This document shows, in pieces, positions 51,903 to 64,000 of a stretch of 64,000 nt of DNA (positions are counted from its first letter, which is position 1; each line of letters begins with the position of its first letter). Source of the stretch: Octopus vulgaris. Lineage: Eukaryota. Under the pieces are notes generated by a model. The model made no database searches, was not told where the DNA came from, and saw only the letters and a list, made by a program, of their open reading frames with translations. The translations under genes and the position numbers were made by a program. The stretch covers positions 56,544,001 through 56,608,000 of the forward strand of contig OX597829.1 in the NCBI GenBank assembly GCA_951406725.2. Direction: 5' to 3'.

Positions 51903-52262
51903 ATACACACGCGCGCGCGTATATGTATGGTATTGTATGTATGTATGTATGTATGTATGTAGCTGGTGAATATCAAGTTTGCAGGAGGTGGAGGAGCATG
52001 AATGTCCTGGATCAATGCTGTCACCATATTTGATGGGCCATCTTAAGCAAGTTAGCAGTAAGCATCAACATGAGTTGTTGAGAATTATACACTGTGGGAA
52101 AATTACTGGCATTAAATTTCTTTTTTGTTTTTTGTTTTTTAAAAGCTTTAAAATAACTTAAGATGTCTCTATGAAGATATATCATGGTATTAGAAAAATA
52201 TTAAACAGAAAACCGGTTAAACATTTGATTTCGGGTCTTCTGAGCCTCTTGACTGATAAACT

Positions 52263-52263
52263 C

Positions 52264-52353
<90 letters not shown>

Positions 52354-52370
52354 ACACACACACAAACACA
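52263..52370. repeat. (CA)n microsatellite
   Basis: Direct sequence. Confidence 0.95.
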
Positions 52371-53016
52371 TAGGCTTGTCATACATCCCAGTTTGGAGGA
52401 TCTATTTCCAATATTCAACCCCATTTTAAACTTTATCCTATTTAACACTGAAATGTCCTGGTTATTGATGAAAGACTTAAATTCTAAGAAGAGATAACTA
52501 AAAAATGTTGAAATTTACATGGAGTCCCTAACCTTACCTTGCACAACAACTTAAATACAAACAAACAAATCAACTTATGTCATTGCTCAGCCTAGACTTA
52601 GTGCTACATATTTTTACCAGAGGTCCAGTGGATGTGTGATGTACCTTTGTTGTAGTAGCACTCTCAAGTTACATGTAGACAGGTAGTGTAGTTTAAACTA
52701 CACTTTGCTTGCCCCAGGTGTCAAAGAAATAAATATGACTTGTTCCTGAGATTATGGTTTCAAATCTTATTTATTATAACTAATGGATAGAAACTTAAGT
52801 ACACTGTAACTCCCTAACTGTTTCAAGTCCAGAACCTTGTAATAAGATGGAAAAGGATGCACATTGCACTTAAAGAAATATAGGTTGTACAAGTTCTGAT
52901 ACAAGCAATTTATCTATGATAATTATTATATATTAAAGTTTTTCTAGTTTGATGCCCATAATTTGAGGCTTAGCCCAGTTTGAGCCAAAGAAATTATGCT
53001 AAGCATATACACATAA

Positions 53017-53234
<218 letters not shown>

Positions 53235-53349
53235 GCTGGTATGGTCATATGATGCATATGGACAAGGAGAGATGTGTAAAGAAGTGCCAATCTTTAACTG
53301 TGGAAGGAAGCTGTGAAAGAGTTAGACCCAGGAAGACATGCCTAGTCTG

Positions 53350-53790
53350 CTAAGAAATGTGCAATCTAGCATTGTAAGATGACACCCTTTCAGTTGGCCA
53401 ATTCTGGACGTTTTTTTCGTCAATTGCCTCCTTTAATCAGTCTGATTGGGAACAATAACAGTTTGAATTTAACGTCTGATTTTGTGAAGTAGCTCATAAT
53501 ACACAATACTTTTCCAATCCCACCAGATACAGGGCATCACTTTTTTTGGATACAGACCAGCTTTTGGAGAGATTGAAGGTGGTTCATCTCGTTCTCTCCA
53601 GGATCTTTTTCATTTTATGTTGTAAATAATCTATTTCTCATCACATGTGATTATTCTTTTCAAAAATGGATCTTTTTTGTTTCATCTGAGCTGAGAATTG
53701 CAGATGGAAATATGCTCTATTAACTTTCTTTCTCTTAAGTTACAAAGTACCCAAACATCATAGCAATTCACATAGTCAAGAGTTTTTAAA
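53350..53790 (-). mobile_element. mariner transposase fragment
   Basis: DPFLKRIITCDEK, PKKVMPCIWWDWKSIVYYELL, KRPELAN. Confidence 0.85.
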
Positions 53791-54238
53791 TGCTTTATAA
53801 CGTGTGGGCATGTGTGTACGCATGAGGTTGTTTAGGGGTTTGTGTCTGTGGAGTAAATGTAAGTTACTCTCTGTGTGTGAGCAAGTGTGTACTTGTATGT
53901 GCGTGTGTGTGTCCATGTATGTATAATTGTGTGCGTGGGTACAGGACGTCACCAACTGTGTAAACAATATGAAATACATATATGAACGAGTTAAATACAT
54001 AAACAAGAAAAAAATGGAAAACAGGACAAGTAAACACAGAGAAAGGACCCTTCATCAGTTGCTGGCAGTCTATCTATTCCTCATTTCGAGCATTCAATGT
54101 TGCCTGTATCCTATGAGCATAATATGCTTGCATGTGTATGCCCAGGGTTAACATAGGTAATTTATACCGACAGTAAAAATGTATATTCTTATTCCTAAGA
54201 TGGTTATTCCAACTGCTAACCTTTGATATATATATATA

Positions 54239-54452
54239 CTCTTTTATTCTTTTACCTGTTTCAGTCATTTGAATGCGGCTATGCCGGAGCACTGCCTTAA
54301 ATGAACAACTCGACCTCAGGACTTATTCTTTGTAAGTCTAGTACTTATTCTATTGGTGTCTTTTGTTGAATTGCTAAGTTACAGGGATGTAAACACACCA
54401 ACATCAGTTGTCAAGCGATAGTGAGAGGACAAACACAGACACACAAATATAT

Positions 54453-54483
<31 letters not shown>

Positions 54484-54646
54484 TGACAAGCTTCTTTCAG
54501 TTTCCATCTACCAAATCCATTCACAAGGCTTTGGCCAGCCCAAAGCTATAGTAGAAGACATTTGTCCAAGGTGCCATGTAGTGGGACTGAACCTGAGAAT
54601 CATGTAGTTGAGAAGCAAGTCACTTACAACACAGCCACACCTGTAT
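54239..54646 (-). mobile_element. SINE family A, full length, diverged
   Basis: Collinear with 8372-8766. Confidence 0.85.
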
Positions 54647-54659
54647 GTGTATATATATA

Positions 54660-56970
54660 TCATCATCATTATCATCATCCTCAACATCATCATCATCATT
54701 ATCATCATCATTCAACGTCCATCTTCCATGCATGCTTGGGTGGGATGATTGACAAGAGCCGGCCAGGTAGAAAAACTAGCCTAGGCTACTGTGTCTGTTT
54801 TGACAGGGATTTAACGAATGGTTGCCCTTCCTAACACCAACCTCTCTGCAGAGTGGACTCTGTGCTTTTTACGTGACACTAGCAGAGGCGATGTTAGTTT
54901 TGGCAAAATGTTTACAGCTAGATGCCCTTCCAAGTGCCAACCATGTTACAGTGTGGACTGGATGCTTTTATCACGGCACCAGCACTGACAGGGTAACCAA
55001 GTAATTCACAAGACAAGGAATTATGAGAAGGGCAGGGCATTTGAGGAGGGGAACTTGTGTCAGAGGATGAAAGGTTAGAGTATGACAGAGAGACAGAAGC
55101 AGGTGTCTTGCTACAGAGGAGATACATGGTTACCCATTGAGATAATGAGAGAGAGAGATACAAGAAAGAGATCAGAAACAGGTGTGCAGATGTAAAGGTG
55201 ATACTTGGTTACCTGGCCAGAGAGAGTAGGAAACAGCAAAGGTGAAAGAGAGATGTGTAGTGCCAAGGTATACTCACAAGTAACAAGAATATGAGTGTGG
55301 AACCTGGTCAGAAAAATAGGGTGTGAGGAACAGTGATACAGTGAGCAGGGCAGTGGGGGCAAGAAAGGGGATTGGAAAACAATCGTGATTTATGCAAAGG
55401 AAATGCGAGGAAGAGAAAGATGCAGTTAGAAGAGGAGTTGTAGTTTGATTTCTTTGGGTAGGGTGGGTGGAACACAACTCATCTAGCACTCAGCTTCATG
55501 GACAGGTCTTCTCTAAAACATCTCGGTCCACTATCATTTCCTCCATGAGCCCCTACATTCTAAGATCAGTCCTCACCACTTCATCCCTTGCCTTCCTGGG
55601 TCTTCCTCTTCCACAGGTGCCATCCACTTTCAGTGACCAGCACTTCTGTATACAGCCGTCTTCATCACATGTCCATCCAACACATTCTCCTCTCCTGCAG
55701 ACCCCATTTAATCCTTCTTATGCCTAACTTTTCTCTCAACACAGTTGTACTTTGTCATTAATGCACACTGATGTTGCAAATCCAGTGGGGCATACTACCT
55801 TCATTGCTCTCCAGCCTACGCATGTCCTCCGCAGTCAGAGCCCATGTCTCACACAAGCATCATACAATCTACCTTATACTCTGAGAGAGAGAGAGTCCTT
55901 TTGCTGCCAACAGAGGTAGTAGTTCTCTGAACTTCCTCCATCCTATTCTTCTTCTAGAAACAGTACTTTCAGAGCATCCACCACCTTGGCTAATTTGTCC
56001 ACCTAAATAGCAGAAACTCTCTACTACCTCAAGAGAACCTCTTGGGCATTTGAGTGAGTTTAAGTCCCTCGTGCTCTTAGTATTTACTGTTCTTGCACAT
56101 GTGCCACACACGAAAGCAACCTTATCTTCCCATAATTCCACTGCATCTTTTATGCGTCAATAGCTTACACTTGGCCACTCCTTTCCTACATATTGAACAG
56201 AGCCATTTGCCAGCCAGAACGAAAGCCTTATCTCTTTTCTTGCTAAGAGCAACTTTAGTCTTAGCTAAGTTAACTTTAAGGCCCTTTGGTTCCAGGTTTT
56301 GCTCCCAAACCCGAAACTTCTTTTCCAATTCTGCTTCAGATTCTGCAATAAGAACAAGATCATCAGCATATAATTGTTCCCATGGCCATCCAGTTTAGAA
56401 CTCATCTGTTATGGCCTGGAGAACTATGATGAATAAGAGTGGACTAAGAACTGATCCCTGGCGTACTCCAACTTGTACGTTAAATACATCCTGTATTCAA
56501 GGCCCACTCTCACCTTACTGACAGCATCACTGTACATGGCTTGAACCACTCTGACCAAATAAGAGAGTGGGGAACTTTGTCGAAAGCTTTCTCCAGATTG
56601 ACAATGGCTTACTTTTGGCCAAATGCTTTCCTTGCTACTGTCTCACTATGAAGATGGCATCTGTGGTACTTCTTCCAGGAACAAAACCAAACTGCATCTC
56701 ATCCAGTTTAATTCTATCCCTAATTAGTTGAGTTATAACTCTCTCTATCTGTAATTTTCCTGACTTTGTCTAGCAGTTTGATACCTCTGTGGTTGTTTCT
56801 ATCTAAAGCATCACCTTTACCCTTGTAGCCGCTGACTATAATACTGCTACACCAGTCTTTGGGGATGAAGCCTTCCTGAATAACCTGATTAACTATATAG
56901 GTGACTAGGTTGTATCACACATTACCTGATATTTCAATCATCTCAGTAGTGATACCCAATGGTCCAGGGA
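54660..56970 (-). mobile_element. RTE LINE, 5'-truncated (RT, Cys-rich insert, 3' UTR)
   Basis: YKGKGDA, MQFGFVPGRSTTDAIF, GVRQGSVLSPLLF, YADDLVLIA, LKVNLAKTK, CSICRKG/CGTC, FCYLG, WRKFRELLP; tail and (ATC)n at 54660-54712. Confidence 0.88.
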
Positions 56971-57129
56971 TTAAATATATATATATATATATAGGTTATA
57001 AAATGAGATAGGGGTGAATATGTATATATATAATCGACACTCTCCCATCGTTAGATGATATATAAGGGTTCAACAATTTCTTCCTGAACAACCATACAGA
57101 TGATTCGTTTATAGTGATCAAATATTTTT

Positions 57130-57320
57130 GTAGACGTAAGCTCACCCACTCCATCAAATCAACATTACCTGTACAGGTACAACTGGGCGTCATATGTCAG
57201 TAGTCGAAATGATCACAGAGCAAGACAAAATGAAGTACTTTGCTCAAGAACACGCCTCGTCTGGGAATTGAACCCACAATCTCACAATCGTAAGTACAAC
57301 ACCACTAAGCCATACCCCTT
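57130..57320 (-). mobile_element. tRNA-derived SINE 5' part
   Basis: Minus strand tggcttagtgg (A box), gggttcaattccc (B box), gttcttgagcaaag. Confidence 0.6.
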
Positions 57321-57339
57321 CACACACACATGCAAACTC

Positions 57340-57749
57340 TCCTTGCGAATACCTGTTGAGGCAAGTAAAATCGAAATCAAAATCAAATTCAATGACTGGC
57401 ATCCGTTGCTAGTGGAGCGCTGAGTGTACCATCCGAGCATGATTGTTGCCAGAGCAACAAGCTGGCTTTGGTGCTGGTGGCATGTAAAAAGCACCATTCA
57501 GGCATGATCGTTATCAGTGTCGCCTTAATGGCACTTGTACCGGTGGCATGTGAAAAAACATTCAAGCAAGGTCGTTGCCAGTGCCGCTGGACTGGCTCCT
57601 GTGCAGGTGGCACATAAAAGCACCAACTACCCTCTCGGAGTAGTTGGCGTTAGGAAGGGCATCCAGCCATAGAAACTCTGCCAGATCAGATTGGAGTCTG
57701 GTGCAGCCATCTAGTTCGCGGATGTTAAACGATGATGATGATGATGATG

Positions 57750-57750
<1 letters not shown>
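57340..57750 (+). mobile_element. 5'-truncated RTE copy (modular 3' UTR)
   Basis: Near-collinear with 9943-10414. Confidence 0.82.
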
Positions 57751-57776
<26 letters not shown>

Positions 57777-57780
<4 letters not shown>

Positions 57781-58656
57781 GTCTGATCAATAAGTATCCA
57801 GACTGTTGCCATAGTAATGAAGCTAAAGCATGCAGAGTGAAGCTACATGGCACAGATTGACCTTAAATTCTGCTGTGCATGTGAATTAAGTTTTAACATT
57901 CTAGGTTACTTCCACTGTTTACAGCATTGCTTGGAAGGAAGGTGTGTAGCATGTGATCATCGCATTGACCATGACAGAGAAAGTTGTCATGGTGATACCT
58001 GCTCAGAGGCCTATGCAAGGTTGCAGAAAGTGTATGGAGAGGTGTGTATGAGCTGCATACAAATGTATGAGTGGTTCAGATGTTTATAAGACGGCCGAAA
58101 AAATGTCAATATTGACAAACATTCTGGGAGACCCACAACCACCAGAACTGAGAAAGACATCACGGATGTGCATCCAGCTGTGAGGGGAAATCGACAAATC
58201 ACTATCCATAAACCATCAGAGGATGTGCAGATTAGTTATGGTTCAGTTCAGTCCATTATCACTGAAGATTTTGGTAAGAGACACGTGTCTGTCAAGTTTG
58301 TGCCAAAACTACTTTTTGCTGACCAAAAAGACACTTGGGTTCCAGTTGCACAAGATCTTGATTATGTCAAGAATGATGGAAAGTTTTTGGAAACTTTGTG
58401 TAGGCCTCTGAGCAGCCATCACCAAGCTTTTGGCAAAATTTGATGCAGATTCTCTGCCATGGTCAATGCAACGATCACACTACACACCTTCCTTCCAAGC
58501 ACTGCTTTAACAACAGAAGTGATCTAGAACATTAAAACTTAGTGTGCATGCACAGCAGAGTTCGAGGTCAATCTGTGCCAAGCAGCTTGACTCTCTGTGC
58601 TGTGCTTTAGCATCATTATTATAGCAACTCTCCAGATACTTACTGATCAGACCACA
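57777..58656 (+). mobile_element. Internally deleted mariner with ~205-bp TIRs
   Basis: 57777-57981 matches the reverse complement of ~58450-58656; TA flanks; YEWF, HSGRPTT, VQSIITEDFGKRHVSVKFVPKLL. Confidence 0.85.
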
Positions 58657-59329
58657 TACGTGTGCGTGTGTGTGTGTGTGTGTAAATATATTTTGTTATT
58701 ATTTATTCACCATTACACATGTTTCATTTGCTAATAGGAGTTACAAAATTGTATATGTAAGAGAAACATGTAAGATATCTCCTATTGGAAATTTTTTGGA
58801 AAGAGAATCAAATAACACAAAATTTACTTTTGGATGAAGCGTTTATTTATAGTAAGTAACCAGGAGATATATAGATAATTGGCAGGGAAAATAAAGAGCA
58901 AGTCTCCCCTTGTGTGTTTGTGTGTACATAACTGAGTTCGAATTTAGCCTTCATTGTGATCTCTGTGTGCCTTGACTGTAAACGAAAGTCACATCATTAT
59001 ACAGATGGTGTCATTTGCAATTTTCCATGAAAGCATGCCTGGGTGGTTCCTTGTTCTAGACATAGGTGGGGAGAGGGATTATTACCTTGCTTGGCAACAG
59101 GTGGCGGATGTTGACAGGAAATGCAGCTAGCAGTAGAAAAACCATACCTCAACATAATATCATCTGCCCCAAGCAGGCAATGGTGGTGGTGGTGGTGGCA
59201 GCGGCAGTGGTGGTGGTGGTGGTGGTGGTGGTGACGATGATGATGATTATGATAAGGAGGAGGAGAAGGAGGAGGAGGAATGATGATGATGGCAATGACA
59301 ATGACGATGACAACAGCGACAATATCTGG

Positions 59330-59505
59330 TGCAGGCATGGCAAAAGCATGGGCCTAGGTATGTAGTTAAAATGTTTGCTTCTTCCCAACCATGTGGTTTT
59401 GGGTTCAGTCCCACTGCCTGGCACCATTGGTGTGTGCCATCAACAACTTTCTTGATCCACTCATAAGCCTTTGGCTTGTGAATGGATTTGGTAAATGGCA
59501 GTTGA
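59330..59505 (+). mobile_element. SINE family A, 5' half, diverged
   Basis: caaccatgtggttttgggttcagtcccactg...gtgaatggatttggta. Confidence 0.6.
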
Positions 59506-60054
59506 AAAGAATTGCTCCCACATACACATCCCTGCCAACTTCATTCGCCCAGCCCCACTTCTCATTTCTCTCTCTTGTCCCTTCATCATTTGTATGTCTT
59601 ATCCTGCTGCTTATCACACTCTCTTTACTATCAGTCATCATATCCTTTCACCTGACCCACTTCAACTGACATTCATCACACACCCCACCCCTGCCACTGC
59701 ACCACTTTTGTTCACCATTCACCCCTACTACCTCTAGCCATCTCTCTCTCCTTCCCCTGCATTTTTGTCTGTCTCTTGTCAAAGCTTGTTCTCCTGCATT
59801 CATCACTTCACCTCGTTATGGCTTAACAGCCCTTACCGTTTGTTCTAACCATCCTGTTTTTGTTACCATACTGAAGTTCTGTAAATGTTTTATAATATTC
59901 GTACAAAACATTTCTCTACTATTATTATCTCTATTACTTTCTGTATATAGATGCACTAAATAAATTTTCAAAATTATGTTATGCAATATTTAGACACCTT
60001 TCAACAAGTTTTATCGTAAGGAAAATGGGCATTTTGATAGATGCCATTATGTAC

Positions 60055-60345
60055 AAATTCTGTTTCAACTGAAAGGCTATGGTCATGCTGGGGCACTGCC
60101 AGTGTAATCACCTTTTTAATGGCCATTCTTATGTAATTGGCTTTTGGTGAAGGTGGGATTTCAATATTGCTGCCCTGTTTTGAGTTTCTTGCTATGATGT
60201 AGGTTCATCTGGAAATTTTGACAGCAGGTCCCAGATTTTTTCTTGAAAACCTCTGCCCCTACTCAATATAGCTCTCTCATGTTTTGGCAATATATCAAAT
60301 AGCTGTAGGCCTTTGAATCATAAACTATTGCAGTATGTGGTCCTC
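60055..60345 (-). mobile_element. CR1-group LINE 3' end
   Basis: Minus strand ccagatgaacctac...cagggcagca; tail gtgccccagcatgaccatagcctttcagttgaaac. Confidence 0.6.
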
Positions 60346-60399
60346 ACTCTAAACAGAATGGGTGGAACTTTTGGAACAGTGCAGTGATATCCTGTTCAG

Positions 60400-61055
60400 G
60401 TGCTTGTATAACTCTTGATGCCTCCTACACATAGTTTTTCTCTCATCACATTCATACTTTGTCATACATGCACAATGATGTTGCACATCCAGCAGAGCAT
60501 TCTTGCTTTCTAATTTTCCCATGTCCTCTGCATTCACAGCCTCACATTTTCACTACCATGTAGCATTGCTGTTCTACTACAGCTTCAGCTATAGGAACAA
60601 GGTCAGTAACAGAAGAGTTCCTATGAGCAGCCAGTCTTAAATTCCTTTGTTATGGTCTAGAAGACTATGATAAATAGGAGGGGACTGATAACTGAACCCT
60701 GATGAACTCTCTGCACACTATCAATTCTCACTTTGTTGACACAGTATCCCTGTACATGGTTTAGACATCACTCAGTAACTATTGATTCAATAGTAACTAC
60801 CAGTAACGCAAAGGTTTTCTCCTGGTCAACAAATGCTAGCTACAGTGGTTTACTGTTTATTAAATACCTCTACAGTTGCTAGACTATAATGTGAGCATCT
60901 CCTTGGTATGAAACTAAACTGCATTTCATCTAGGTTAACTATTTTTTAAAAATTAACTGGGCTATGACTCTTTTGGTCACTTTCACAACCTAGCCCAGTA
61001 ATTCAATACCTCTGTAATTACTTCTCTCTAAGGCATCTCCTTTACCCTTGTAACA
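60400..61055 (-). mobile_element. RTE ORF fragments, decayed
   Basis: YKGKGDALERSNYRGI and LDEMQFSF, collinear with 56400-56830. Confidence 0.7.
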
Positions 61056-61370
61056 AGTGTGTGAGTGTGTGTGTGGATGCGTGTGCACATGCATGCATGT
61101 ATGCATGCCACAGAACCTTCCAAAACTAGGCACCATCAATTAAGTATTATCCTAGTCAAATAAGATTATCCCTGAAAGCAATGAAGCAAGATCAGTATAT
61201 GTAATCACCATAAACATGATCACAACCTCACCAGAATGAAGGACAACTCAGAATAACAAGACCTATAGATATAATAGACTCACAATCATACATTCCCATC
61301 ATCAGCTACCAAACAGATATCACTATAGTGTACGTATATACATATACAAATATATATACATATGTATACA

Positions 61371-62640
61371 CTAGCCAGTGTACCTGGTAATTCCCGGGGG
61401 TAAAGATGCTCCATTAAAATGCCTTATTACTCTGATATAAGAAAGCAATTTCGTTATAACTGCCACAAAAGGTGTATTTTCCATCACAAAAATATACAAA
61501 AACTGTCAGCTGGAGGAGGGAGAGGTTGTTGGAGGTTGGCAAGAGAGGGTTGTCTGAGGGAGAGGCATCTTTGTTCCAAATTTCAGTCTTGCAAGGCTTC
61601 GTGATACACAGTATTTTTGGTTTTACTGTTGGGTGCATAGATGAGTAAATTTTCTGGATTTCCAACTCTAGAGCATCCAAAATAGAGTTGTCCATTAGAA
61701 AAAGCAGCTCCTGCAAGATTAAGGCCTACCACTACTAATGTCTGACCGTGTGCTTTGTTGATGCTCATTGCAAAGCTTAATCTCAGTGGGAATTGTAACC
61801 TTTTGAAATCAATCAGCTGGTGTGGTGGTCTTCCTCACAGTACTTCATGGTAGACAATATTTTGTGTCTATGTCACACCACGTTTTTGTCCTTGTCTGTT
61901 ATCCCAATTAAGTGTCATAACTCTTACTTTGATATCGTTCATAGCTCCTGCTCTTGAAAATGCGACATAATTGGCCATGAGAAAATACCAGTCGAGGCAA
62001 ATGTATTCCAACTTTTTTCAAACGTCTGCCCTTGATCCTTATTGATTGTCATTGAATATGTAAGTCAAAGTGGAAACTGAAGTCTGTTTAGTGAGAATGG
62101 AATATCTGCATCACTTGGGCTAAGTTTAATTCTGGGAATTAGAACTGTACGACCTCTGTTGGAGCCATTTACCAATGATGCCTCTGCACAATGTTCATGA
62201 AGTCTTTGCACTTTCATGCGAGTTCCATTACATAATCCTTGACCGATTGAAAGATTTCTTGGCAGCATTACAATAGCCCCTACTTTTAAGTTGAGACAAT
62301 GAGGAGGCAAACCGGATGGAGTGAGTGAGTTTATGAATTCAAATGGATAGTTCTGAACCTCCTCTTCACTATTGCAGGACACTGAATCTGTGCTTAAGTA
62401 CGTTTTAAATGCCTCTGGTATAATATTAGGAACTTTTTCATTTATTGCAAGACAGAATTTTTAGGAGCTAAAATTACTTATTTTTCCATTTCTTCAGGTG
62501 TGCATTTGTTGAAAATTTCTGGGTACAAATTGAAATGCAAAAGAATGAAATAATAAATGGATTTATGAATGAAAGTTTGATAATTGTGTTTATTTCCACC
62601 ACACAACACTTATTGCAAATAAGTTTTAACTAACCTATAC
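61371..62640 (-). mobile_element. Helitron remnant with two Pif1-helicase C-terminal segments
   Basis: EFINSLTPSGLPPHCLNLKVGAIVML.RNL...GLCNGTR, IPRI, RLQFPL, MTINK.QGQT, HGQL; second RLQFPLRLSFAMSINKAHGQTL...GQLYFGCSRVG; 3' hairpin then CTAG|T at 61371. Confidence 0.88.
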
Positions 62641-63284
62641 TATACACACACACAAATACATACATATATATACGTCTCGAGTCGTAGCTGTAATTCAAAG
62701 GGGCCACCCTTGTCTTATTCTGTGTGAGGCTGAATCTTCCCGACAACTTTGTTAATGTTATCCATATATGTGGAGTACTCAACCATTTGTGAGTTAATTT
62801 TATACTTGTGTGGTAATGAAAAGTGAAATTGACATCCAATATTTGCTGTGTCTATGTATCTATATATGAACTTTTCTTTGGATTTATGTATTTACTGTCT
62901 CACTCACTTTCTCTTCCTTTGTGTCCCTCTTCTCTCATGATTTTGATTTAACAATGTGTATATGTATTTATGTATCTAATTCTCTTCCGATGTGATAAAC
63001 ATTTAAAAACATGAAACAAACGCCATCAGCATTCACTGTCTTTTTCACTCTCTCTCTTTCTCTCTCTTTTTCTTACTTCCTCTCTGTTCTCTTCTCTCTC
63101 GCTTTGCCACTTCTTCGAAGTAAATGTGACCCACACAACAGGTACATACAAAAATAAAAAGTTAGCATATTAATATTATTGATGATAATAAATGTGAGTG
63201 TCATTGTGTCACTGTGTCACACTTTTCCAACTTTACTCCTTGAGGCTGTAGCCCAACATGTCATACCATTTTGGAATCAGGCTG

Positions 63285-63531
63285 ACTCTGTGAATAAATT
63301 AAAAACATTCCAGGCCAAATCCAGACCCATAGTTCTGGAATTTTGGATTCCCAAGTTTTCCTTACTGTGATTGTTTTTGGCAATATTTTTGTAACAAGTT
63401 TTTTAGTACAATAACAATTTTTATAATCTGAAGGTTAACTCTGTGAGTAAATTAAAAACATTCTGGGCCAAATCTGGACCTGCAATACTGAAATTTTGGA
63501 TTCCTATGTTTTCATTACTGCGATTGTTTTA
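63285..63531. repeat. Diverged direct repeat (~94-bp core, period 153)
   Basis: actctgtga.taaattaaaaacattc..ggccaaatc..gacc...aattttggattcc...gttttc.ttactg.gattgtttt at 63285 and 63438. Confidence 0.8.
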
Positions 63532-63699
63532 GGAGATTTTATTTTTAGTTGACTTTTTGCGACGGATATGATCATCATTGGGATATGACCCTGGAGGAAG
63601 CAATTGCAACAAATTCTCCAAAGCAAGTCTGAGATTTGTTTGCAGATCTTCCTGTTCGGGGTTAGTTGCTTAAAAGCTATATACTAGCTTTCAAAGCTA

Positions 63700-63897
63700 G
63701 TATATATATGCATATATATAAATATATACATATAAACATATATATATATATATATATGTGCACACACACAAATGTGTGTGTGTGTGTGTGTATACATATA
63801 TTTGTATATATGTGTATATGTATATATATATATATGTTATATATGTGTATATATATAACATATGTATACATATATATATACACATATATATGTAAAT

Positions 63898-63940
<43 letters not shown>
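63700..63940. repeat. Compound (TA)/(CA)/(TG) microsatellite
   Basis: Direct sequence. Confidence 0.92.
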
Positions 63941-64000
63941 AAATAGTAAAAAGTGAAAAAACTACAGAAGGCTTGTTTTAAAAGGTTAAAAAATATATTT

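Noticed and set aside
58997-59427. His-, Val- or Thr-rich ORFs
   Set aside because: Products of (GGT)n/(GAT)n/(GGA)n trinucleotide repeats.
62065-62382. Host PIF1 gene
   Set aside because: Intronless, with stops and frameshifts and a Helitron CTAG terminus.

Overview
Eukaryotic, AT-rich, repeat-saturated animal DNA. The SINE/LINE repertoire and the huge (TATG)n/(TA)n/(CA)n arrays resemble an octopus (coleoid cephalopod) genome; this assignment is inference. The only supportable host gene is the last two coding exons of an SLC7 (LAT-type) amino-acid transporter (1722-1899, 2776-2852, +). The rest is decayed mobile DNA: RTE, CR1-group, Tx1/L1, R4-like and CRE-like LINEs, Penelope, a Gypsy-type LTR element, solo LTRs, Tc1/mariner, hAT and Helitron elements, and tRNA-derived SINEs. 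Most ORF-track entries are microsatellite or antisense artefacts. Most notable observations: (1) an 803-bp TIR element with a 9-bp target-site duplication whose core is a degenerate telomeric (CCCTAA)n array; (2) a modular hairpin plus putative pseudoknot unit iterated in RTE 3' UTRs; (3) a 3' stem-loop shared by LINEs and SINEs with compensatory base changes; (4) a structured, possibly ribozyme-like leader in an element embedded in (TATG)n; (5) a 305-bp inverted duplication inside a LINE. All family calls come from manual motif recognition. Boundaries lacking a TSD or TIR are approximate.
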